64,000 nucleotides of DNA from Camelus dromedarius (Eukaryota): the NCBI RefSeq assembly GCF_036321535.1, contig NC_087451.1, positions 55,490,001 through 55,554,000 of the forward strand, in the 5' to 3' direction. A model generated the notes under the pieces. It made no database searches. It was given only the letters and a program-made list of their open reading frames with translations, and had not been told where the DNA came from. Positions 12,590-22,100 of this stretch are shown piece after piece. Position 1 is the stretch's first letter. Each line of letters begins with the position of its first letter. Made by a program: the position numbers and the translations under genes.

Positions 12590-13680
12590 TCACCACCCCG
12601 CCCCTTGCCTGGCAGAGGGCCTGGCGCGCCCCAGCCGCCCAAACCCCGCTCGCTGCCCGCCTTCCAGCCCGCCAGGCTCCCTCGGCACGTGCCCTGCGCC
12701 CCATGGGGCTGCTCCAGCTCCTGGGAGGCCTCGACGCGCGCCCTCTGGCCCGAAGCCCGGCTGGGGCCCCTGGTCGCCTCCTGGAAGCGGGGTCCATCGG
12801 GAGGCTGGGACGTGGGGTTGGCGGGAGCGGGGGCGGGAGCCTGGATGGACGGGCGGCGGNNNNNNNNNNNNNNNNNNNNNNNNNNNNNNNNNNNNNNNNN
12901 NNNNNNNNNNNNNNNNNNNNNNNNNNNNNNNNNNNNNNNNNNNNNNNNNNNNNNNNNNNNNNNNNNNNNNNNNNNNNNNNNNNNNNNNNNNNNNNNNNNN
13001 NNNNNNNNNNNNNNNNNNNNNNNNNNNNNNNNNNNNNNNCCGGGGTCGCGACCCCCGACCGGCGTCCGGCGGCAGCAGGCGGACCCCGGCCAGGCGCTGC
13101 CCCGAGCGGCCGCTCTGCGCCCCATGAGGTGGCCTTGCGCCCCAGGGCCCCCGCCTCGCCCCGCTCGCCTCCCCCTCCCTCCCCGCCTTCGCGCTCCCTA
13201 CAAAGTTCATTCCCACTAACTCTTTTCCAGGCCACTTCCCTCTCACATCNNNNNNNNNNNNNNNNNNNNNNNNNNNNNNNNNNNNNNNNNNNNNNNNNNN
13301 NNNNNNNNNNNNNNNNNNNNNNNNNNNNNNNNNNNNNNNNNNNNNNNNNNNNNNNNNNNNNNNNNNNNNNNNNNNNNNNNNNNNNNNNNNNNNNNNNNNN
13401 NNNNNNNNNNNNNNNNNNNNNNNNNNNNNNNNNNNNNNNNNNNNNNNNNNNNNNNNNNNNNNNNNNNNNNNNNNNNNNNNNNNNNNNNNNNNNNNNNNNN
13501 NNNNNNNNNAGGGACGCAGAGCGCCCGGTGACCCCGGCCCCAGACGGGCTTGGAGGTGCAGCCCCAAGCCCTGCAGAGGCGGTCTCCAGCACTAGGTTGG
13601 TTTTTCCTCTCCCCTCCTGGGCTAAGTGTCCCACTGGGTGGCTTCTAAGGAGAGAATCCGGGCGCGGAGGAGGCGGCTGA
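12590..13680. promoter_or_regulatory. Intergenic CpG island (partly hidden by N gaps 12860-13039 and 13250-13509)
   Basis: Very high GC and CpG density in the visible parts; no recognisable protein family in any frame. Confidence 0.75.
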
Positions 13681-14329
13681 GCTCGGTTTCTTTAAGAAAG
13701 GAAAGAGGGCAGGGAGCTGTGAAAGGCCAATGCCAAGGCCTTTGGGGCCCCAGGGAGCCAGAAATGAAGTCTCCATTTCCGGGATGGCTGAGTAAACTGA
13801 GGCACGGGACAGACCAGGCTTAGATCTCACTCCAGCCTGTCCCAAGGGGAAGGAAGCCACCAGCATACCCTGGATACCTCCTGTCATATCTCTGGTAGGG
13901 GCCACCAAGGCTAGGGTTACCTCCAGCTTTCCCTTTCCACATGATCAAACTGCTGCCCCGCCCCCGTGGGCACCAGCTGGCACCCTGGCAGAGCAGTCCT
14001 GGGCTGAGTGGACCCCTGGGACCCTGCTTTTTTTCTAGGAGGTAGTCAGAACCTGAGCACAGGGAAGGGGCTGGCTGCTTTGCAGGACCATTGATTGACC
14101 TCCTGATTGAGCCCAAGCTGGGTTCTAGAGGGATGTCAGAGGTGGGAAGAGTGAGGAAGGGGAGCCTGTGGAGCTGTCCTGAGCCGAGATCCCCAATACC
14201 AGCGTCTCCAGGCTGGTTCAGCTCACCCTCCAACCTTCTTCCATCAACAAGCCCCCAATGGGGCAAGGCCTAAATGGGGCCAGAGCTCTAGTGGGGTCAA
14301 TAATAATAACAGTAACTTACAATACTGTT

Positions 14330-14790
14330 AATTCAGGGGAACATTTATTTAGCTGAGACCTGTTCTGAGCGCTATAGATGTCTCACAACCACCCAGGGAC
14401 ATAGGTGCTGTTACAGGCCCTTTTATGGATGGAGGAACACGGGCACTAGAAGGTTAAGCAACCTGCCTGAGGTCGCTCAGCTGCGAGGAGTGGAGTGGCA
14501 TTTGAACCAAGACAGTCCAGCTCTCGCATCTGGGTGCTTATCACCACACTCTGCCACCTCTCTCTCCACCACGATGTCCTCAGCACCTGCTGAGAGCCAG
14601 GCCCTGTGCTCAGGATAAGAACTTCACAGGCAGTGTCTCATTCAACTCTCATGACAACCCTGGAGGCAGGTTCCAGGATTCTCCCCTATTCCAGAGCTGG
14701 GGAACCCAAGTCTCAGAGAGGTTGACCAAGTTGCTTCTGGCAAACAGGGAGGATGCAGCAAAGCCAGATTCACCCCCAGCCTGTGTGACA
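14330..14790 (-). mobile_element. Two adjacent antisense MIR fragments
   Basis: aaggttaagcaacctgcctgaggtc...gcatttgaacc; ctcagagaggttgaccaagttgc...gattcacccc. Confidence 0.6.
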
Positions 14791-15095
14791 GCAGAGTCCA
14801 GCAGGTCTCTGGGGGTGGGGCAAAAAAAGGGTCATGACAGCTCCTGCTGACTAGAACAAGAAAAGAAATGGAAGGGATTTCAGTTAGACAGACTGTGGGG
14901 AGAACTTGCTTCTTGAGAAGTGGGGGCTCCAGGAGCTGGAGTAGGGTGGAATCTTCTTTCCTAAGAAGCAGGCTGGGGAAAGGCCACAGCTGCCTGAGTC
15001 AGGGGGAGGTGCTGGGTAGAGGAATGGGAGGGAACAGAAGGGCCCAGAATGAGACACCCCAGTCAGAACCACATCATTCAGAAATCCTGGTTGGG

Positions 15096-15194
15096 TTTTT
15101 TCTTTTTTTCTTTTTCATGGAGATACTGGGAATTGAACCCAGGACCTCATGTATGCTAAGCATGTGCTCTACCAATGAGATATTTCCCTCCCCC
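15096..15194 (-). mobile_element. Camelid-type tRNA-Ala-derived SINE (vic-1-like), short form
   Basis: Reverse complement gggggagggaaatatctcattggtagagcacatgcttagcatacatgaggtcctgggttcaattcccagtatctcc plus an A-rich tail. Near-identical target-site duplications tggttgggttttt (15088) and tggttggttttt (15197). Confidence 0.85.
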
Positions 15195-15339
15195 TATGGT
15201 TGGTTTTTCCTTAATTTTGTCCCTTGAACACCTACCTGACCCCTCCCCTGGAAATCTCCCAAGTATCCCCATCCCAAGATTTGCTACTTGTGGGGGGCTA
15301 GCAGATCCAGCCTCTGCTCTTTCCAGCAGGGGGATGAGA

Positions 15340-15540
15340 AGATAATATTGTCACTAACTGTAAGCACCTACTGTGTGCCTCAGCTTGTTTAATTTTTATA
15401 ATTCTGTAATTATTATCCCTATTTTATAAATGGAGACATTGAGGAAGGAAAGAGAAGTTGAGGTACTTGCCCAAGGTCACACAGCTAGTAGTGGGGAGGG
15501 CAGGATTTGAACTCCTGACCTGATGTGCTTCACCACCCTG
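15340..15540 (-). mobile_element. MIR SINE fragment
   Basis: ccctattttataaatggagacattgagg...tgcccaaggtcacacagctagta...ggatttgaac. Confidence 0.75.
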
Positions 15541-16668
15541 CTCCCCCTTTCCTGCTGAGCTCTTTGTGTCTACAGGGGCATGGCCAGATGAACCCTGTCG
15601 CCCAGCAGCCCAGCAGATTCAGGGAACACAGTAACAGCAGGCATTTCACCCTGGGTGCCTTTGGAACTTGCAGATGCAGAGAAAACATTCCTCATGTCTG
15701 CCATTCACAAGAACCCCCACCCCGTGTGGATTTTCATGGTGCCTTTTATAGGCTAGTGGAAGTTGGGCAAAGTGAATGTTCTGGAGGCCCAAATCCCTCC
15801 TCTCATTATCCTGGGGATGAGTGTGTGTGGGCATCGCCCCAGAGCTGGGATGCTATCCCAGCATTCCTTGCCCCCTCTCAGCCCCCGCCTTGAGAGAATA
15901 GCAGGGTCAGCGAGTGTGTTAGCATCTGTCGGGGGACCACCCTGATACAGGAATTGAGATTCCAATGCTCTCAGGGATGAGTCCAGGGTCTCCTTAACTC
16001 CCAGTTGCTCAGGGGAGCTTCTCTAGGGAATCTGGACACCTTAGCTCCCTGGAACTAAGAAAACCTTTGTCACTTGCCTTCTGAGCCTGGGAGTCCTGGG
16101 TTGGGGGTTGTAGGACATTAAGAGGGATGGGCTTTGGGCTGCAGCCCCCTAGGAGTGAAAAACCACCCTCACCTCTCCACTCCACTGAAGCCCAGGGAAG
16201 CTGGATTTCATCAGGGTTTCCCCAACACATGCCCAGTTCCTGGGAGAATGGGGGCAAGTTGGAAAGTTGGGGAAAGGAGGCAGGAGGGGCAGGCTGGCGG
16301 CACTGAGCTTCTCCATGCAGCCCTCGGGGCCGGGTGCCTGGGCGGGGNNNNNNNNNNNNNNNNNNNNNNNNNNNNNNNNNNNNNNNNNNNNNNNNNNNNN
16401 NNNNNNNNNNNNNNNNNNNNNNNNNNNNNNNNNNNNNNNNNNNNNNNNNNNNNNNNNNNNNNNNNNNNNNNNNNNNNNNNNNNNNNNNNNNNNNNNNNNN
16501 NNNAGGGGGTGGGAGGCGGCAGGCTCCGGCAGCTGGCGTTCTTCGGGGGCAGCCTCAGCTGGCACCTCGGGGGGCACCAGGCAGTGGCCAGAGCAGGGGG
16601 TCTCCAGGTGCCCGGGGCTGAGGCTGCCCCCGCTGTGGGCTGTCAGCTTGCTCACTCTTCTCAATATC

Positions 16669-16730
16669 CCACCTGGGGGCGCCAGAGGGCACATATATTG
16701 CTGTACTCATGTCTGCCACCAGAGGGCAGC
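16669..16730 (+). promoter_or_regulatory. Cluster of three same-orientation CTCF motifs
   Basis: CCACCTGGGGGCGCC (16669), GCGCCAGAGGGCAC (16679) and a perfect CCACCAGAGGGCAGC (16716). The last is preceded by an upstream-motif-like TGCTGTACTC. Confidence 0.75.
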
Positions 16731-16883
16731 CTCAACACATTGATTTCTGCTTTCCACCCAGATGGGTCCAAAAGGGCTGCGGGAGAGAGAAACCAGGTCC
16801 AATGCTGAGCAAGAGAGAAACCTGGACCAGTGCATGCGAGTGATCTTCTACTCCCCCACCTTGATTGGATTAAAGGTAGAAGT

Positions 16884-16968
16884 GGGGGTGGATATAGCTC
16901 AGTGGTAGAGCACATGCTTAGCATCCTGAGTTCAAGCTCCATATTAAAGGCTTTAAAAATAAATAAAA
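16884..16968 (+). mobile_element. Camelid-type tRNA-Ala-derived SINE with an internal deletion, followed by a MIR (16975-17150)
   Basis: gggggtggatatagctcagtggtagagcacatgcttagcatcctgagttcaagctcc (A and B boxes, about 10 nt missing) plus an A-rich tail. Degenerate TSD taaaggtagaagt / taaaagcagcagt. Confidence 0.8.
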
Positions 16969-17379
16969 GCAGCAGTAAGAGTGAGAGCTCTGGAGTCAGA
17001 CAGTCTGCCTTTGGACACAGGCTCTGGGCAAAATTTCCGAGCCTCATTTGTCCCATCTGTAAAATGGAATGATACCAATAAGGATTAAATGAGATAATAC
17101 ATATAAAATGCCTAACCCAGTGCCCAGCACAGAGCAAATGCTCCATATATGTCACACGTTGTCAGTTTCTGTGATTTCTTTGTTTATCTATTCATTCATT
17201 CTTCAATCCATCCCCTCTGCAGCATGTAGTGCCTACTGTATTCTGGGCACTATGTCAGGCAAGTGATGATGCAAAGACAGATGGTGGGCAGAATATGTCT
17301 CAAAATAGTGTGCTAAGAGTTATGACACACCCAGTGAGAGAGGCGGGGAGACTGACTTGGATGGGGCAAAAGAGAACAT

Positions 17380-17528
17380 TTGAGGGTGATGAAATGTTCT
17401 ATACCTGTCTTGATAGTGGTCACATGTTGTATAACATTTTCAAAAACTCATAGTAATGTATATTTTAAATGGGTACATTTTATTGCATATAAACTCTAAC
17501 TCAATAAAGTTGATTTAAAAAAAAAAAA
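17380..17528 (+). mobile_element. Old L1M 3' end with poly(A) signal and tail
   Basis: tgagggtgatgaaatgttcta...aaaactcatag...cattttattgcatataaa...ctcaataaagttgatttaaaaaaaaaaaa. Confidence 0.8.
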
Positions 17529-20500
17529 GCACCCAATGTGAATTTATTGAATGGGCGAAGGGACAAGTGACGGATGAATGAATGAAAGAATGAATGTCTC
17601 AGATGATTGCCCACCTGCTTTGGTGTCACCATTGTCCCTGCTAAGGGTGCCCTTGCCGTCTCCTCTCGATGTCCACGGGTTTTATGAGAGGCGGGCCTTG
17701 GAGTTCCCAACTGTACCCCCTTCTCGCCACCCCCCTTCTCTCTGCCATCAGCAAAAGCAGGGAAAGATGCCCCAGTGTTCCCAGCTAGCGCTCCCTGGTT
17801 TCTCTAAGGTTGCTTCGCGGGGCTTCAGGCGGCCTCCCTTCCAGATGCCACATGCCAACGCAGCCAGCTCGACTCAGCTCCGCGGTGCCAAGGTCAGGGA
17901 TGTGATGCCCAGCTACAGACCCGCAGTGCCAGCAGCCGAGGAGCCCAAACCCCGGCCGACTCCGCCACCTGCGGGCCATTTTCGGAACTGCACCCTTAGT
18001 GCTCTACAGAAGCTGGAACCTTTGCTGAATACTGACCAGCAAGCAGCGTTGTACACGGCTGGGGAATTTTTTACTTTTATCTTTTTGAATCCTCACAGAT
18101 ACCACGTGAAGTGGGCTTTGAAACACAAGAAGTGAGGCATGGACAGGCTAAGAAATTTGTCTAAGGTCACACAGTTAGCTTCACATGTTGTATTCCTACC
18201 CAGGTCTGTCCAACTCCATGGTCTATGTTCTGTCCACCAGACTGTATCTTGCTTGGGGGAAGGGAGGGGATATTTGGGATTGTCCATTCTCCCTACCTCC
18301 CGGAAAGTCTTCACACTTCCAGACGAGGTGAATATAGTACCTCCTGTATGCTGGGCGCCGTGGCAGGCCGCAGGCAATTATGTGAGGAGAAATTGTCTGC
18401 TCAAAACAGTGTGCTCAGTCAGACCTAGTATACATTAATTGATGCCCTACAATAAACTTTTTTTGTCAGTCCAAGCAGAAAGACCCATAGTTCAATTGGA
18501 GTTAAGTCAAACAAGGTCTTGAATTTGTTCCTTGGACCCAACTGCCTGTGCTTCTAACTCAAGAATAATAACCGAGGAGTGGCATATTATTTTTACATCT
18601 CATTTGCATATGATTAATTCCAAGTCAAAGAGAATGGAGGTCACCTTGGCCCCTTGCTTTTCAGCCCCTCTGGGATGCGTCTGACCCTGGCGGCCTCCCC
18701 CAGCCCCTGCGGGGCTCCCCCATCCTCACCAGCCCCTCTCCACTCCTTGCCCTCGCCCACACCTCCCCTAGCTACCAGAAGACCCATTCCCTTCCTCCTC
18801 TGTCACCCACNNNNNNNNNNNNNNNNNNNNNNNNNNNNNNNNNNNNNNNNNNNNNNNNNNNNNNNNNNNNNNNNNNNNNNNNNNNNNNNNNNNNNNNNNN
18901 NNNNNNNNNNNNNNNNNNNNNNNNNNNNNNNNNNNNNNNNNNNNNNNNNNNNNNNNNNNNNNNNNNNNNNNNNNNNNNNNNNNNNNNNNNNNNNNNNNNN
19001 NNNNNNTTCATGAGGCTTTTTCTCTTTCTCCCTTTGTCTCTCCATCTCTCACATGTGTTTTCTCTTTCTTTTCGATTTTTCCTACCTCCCCCTCCTTTCT
19101 CTCTCTCACCTCCTGTCTCTGTCATCCTTCCTTCCCTTCCTCCTCCTTCCTGTCTGTCCCTTGTGTCTGTACCTGTCAGCCAGATTTCCACGTCCTTCTT
19201 GGCCACAGGGTTTAGCAGCCAGAGCTGTCGGTAACTGGACAAAGGCTGGGGAAAGAGGGCAAAGACCCTTCCAATCCCCCCAAAGACCCCATCTTCTACA
19301 CCTACCCAAGAGGGGACAGTCTCCTTTCTCAACTGCCCCAGCCTAGGTCAAGGGAACTTTTGCAGATCCAGGGCCTCCCAGAACTCCAATTCTTTTGGCA
19401 GAACCTCCATAAACAAGCCCTCCTTGGTCAAATGAGCCTCAGCCACTATGGTCCCCAAGGCTTTCTCAACTCGGATGGACTCTGAGTTTCCTCTGGTAAT
19501 GATGCCTTCCTGTCTGAGTCCTCTCAGCACTGATCCAGCTGTTCTCCGTCCCCTTCATCCCACCCAGGATCTTCCCACCCCCCAGCACTGGAGGCCACAG
19601 GCCCCTCAGCTTCACCTCGGCCCAGTGGCTACTCAGGTTACTCCTTGGGCCATGCCTTTCCTGTGCCCCTTCTGATTCCCTGAACCTCCTCATTCACCTT
19701 CCCAAAGCACCAAGCACCGCCACACTGATCCTTACCACCCCCTAAGGCAACCCATCTGAAGGAGGGGCCTGGGCAAAGCCAGGGGCCGCCAGAGAAGCCC
19801 ACACCCCTAGGTCAGCAACCTGGCATCTGGCTGTTTCCCGACAAGCATAAAAGTCAACAAACACAGCGGGACTTGAGCCAGGCCTGGGGGTGGGGGGTGG
19901 TGCTGAGCGGCCAGGGCTGCCAATGCCCATGGGCAGAGCTCTGCCCTCCTGCCACCCTCTCCCCCTCCCCCAGAGTGGGTACTGACTCTGGGGCACTGCA
20001 TGTGACCCTGACCCCATTTTCACAAGACTCCTCTGGCCTCCTGCTCCCTTCTCCCTCTGCCAAGGACCCAGCACAGTGGGACTGGGAGTGGAAAAGTTGC
20101 TGGGTGGGGGAGGGGGACTCCTGACTGTTCCAGGCCTGAGCGTGACCAGGAGAGAGGAGAGCCAACACAAACAGAGCCCCAGGAAAACACACACATATGT
20201 ACACGTCTACACACACACCCTCTCAGCACTACAGAGAGCCATTCAGACCCTCAACCCCTGGCCCACAGAGGGAAACACTGTCTCCTGCAAAGGTACCCAG
20301 GGCCTGGACAGATAAACAGGGACACGCCAACCCTTGAGGCCATCACCTTCCCTTCCCCCCTCCAGAGACACACACAAACACCTCCGCAGAGAGAGAGACT
20401 CACACCTCAGAAAGGAGCACACACACCTCTCCCCCCAGCTCTGTTCCTGCACCCAACTCACACACGTGATGGCACGTGTACCAGAACATGCTGCCTCCCC

Positions 20501-21289
20501 ACACCCCTGACTCTGTCCCCCTGGGTTGGCTCTGTCTCTCTCCCTCATGTTAGATCTGTGGAGAAAAGGCAGGAAACATGTGAATCCAGGGTACATCATG
20601 GCAGGGACACGTTCCCTGCCCCCACAGGAATTTTCCCAGGATCACAACCTCATCCCTCTCTACTGTACAGGCTAGAGCTGTAGATACAGTACTTCTCCCC
20701 CCTCCCCCACCCCGCAAGCTGGCACACGCCTGCCCATCACCTTGACAGCCTCTGACATCCTCCCCCACCCCACCCCCTCCTCCGCGCGCACAGAGTCTTC
20801 CCACACCCTGCCACTCACACCCGCATCCTTGACACTCTGACACACTTACTCACGTAGACTCACACACTCTCTCACTACACCGACCCCCACCCCAACACGC
20901 ATTCCCTAGCTATAGGGCTACAGGCACCAGCACTCACACACACTCTGCTATGATGACTGACACGTGTCCTCCCACGCACAACCGGCTCTTTCACACTCAC
21001 TCGCTTTCTAGGACACCCCCATTCACAGCGTGACACGCTGGTGGTATTCTCTCCACGACCTCACAGGCCTCCCTGTGAAACTCCATGTATCCAGGCCAGG
21101 AAAGGGTTAAAGTCAGAGTCCCCGCTGCCCCTCTCCCCTCGGCTTCCCCCCATTATCCTCCCTGCTGGACTCCATCAATAATGCAGCTTCAAGTTCTGGG
21201 GAGACGGCAGGGGGCCCCCAGCCCGCTCCCTCGGTCCTTTCTCACACTCCCCACCCTCCTCCCAGACCGGGAGAACACGCTTCTCGGTG

Positions 21290-22100
21290 CTCATTGGCCA
21301 CTTTTTCCTGAGCCCTCCCACCAAGCAGCCGGGCGCCAGTCCCAGGCCGAGGGGACGGGCTGGGGACCCCAAGGCTGGGGCCGGAGGGTGACACCCGGAG
21401 AGAAGGAACGAGGCAGAGACAGACAGAGACACGCGGAGAGGGAGCGAGGGAGCTAGAGGAAGGGCGGAGAGACCGAGAGCCAGAGACACAGAGAGAGCGA
21501 GGGAGAGAGAGACCCAGCCCCGCGAGCCAGGGAGCCCGGGGTGCAGGCGCGAGGGGACCGAGGCTCCGGCGAGCCCCAGAGCCGGGACGCCCGGAGCCCC
21601 GAGGGCAGGCCAGCCGGCGGCCGCCCCCCGCCCCCGCCCCTCGCCGGCGCAGTATTTTTATCTGTGCGTGAACAGCCCTCCTCCTCCTCCTCCCAGCCTC
21701 ACTCAGCCCGCTGTCGCCGCGGCGCCCCGAGCAGCGCGGGGAGCCGAGACGGGACCGCAGCCCCGGACCCCGCGGCGCGCGCCCCACCCCACTGACCACC
21801 CGCCAGCCATGGACCCCAAGGACCGCAAGAAGATCCAGTTCTCGGTGCCCGCGACCCCCGGCCAGCTCGACCCCCGCCAGGTGGAGATGGTAAGGGGGCC
21901 GCGCTCCACCTCCGGCCGCGCCCCACCCACCCAACACCCAAGCTCCTCTGTGCTCTGGGGTCGAAACTATCCTTGGGGACAGGGGCAAAGGAGTCCCCGG
22001 GCCCGCCTCGGAAGTGGCCAGGGCGCGCGAGGCAGCGCGTGAAGTTGGCTGGAGACTCGTGCAACTTTTTCCCGGGGCCTTCGTCCTGATCCTGGGGAGG
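21290..22100 (+). promoter_or_regulatory. PPP1R1B: PPP1R1B CpG-island promoter and first exon
   Basis: Inverted CCAAT box (ATTGG 21293-21297), GC boxes (ccgccccccgcccccgcccc around 21620-21640) and CpG-dense sequence around the ATG at 21809. Confidence 0.8.

Noticed and set aside
12453-13680. 375-aa and 393-aa ORFs over the intergenic CpG island, including a minus-strand MDPASRR start (12797) resembling the PPP1R1B start MDPKDRK
   Set aside because: About 40% of the sequence is N, the composition is low-complexity Pro/Gly/Arg/Ala, and the similarity is limited to 9 nt. There is no support for a gene or a duplicate.
20150-21010. Long CA-rich region upstream of PPP1R1B (similar tract at 59060-59300)
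   Set aside because: Degenerate low-complexity sequence with no unit periodicity or spacer structure.
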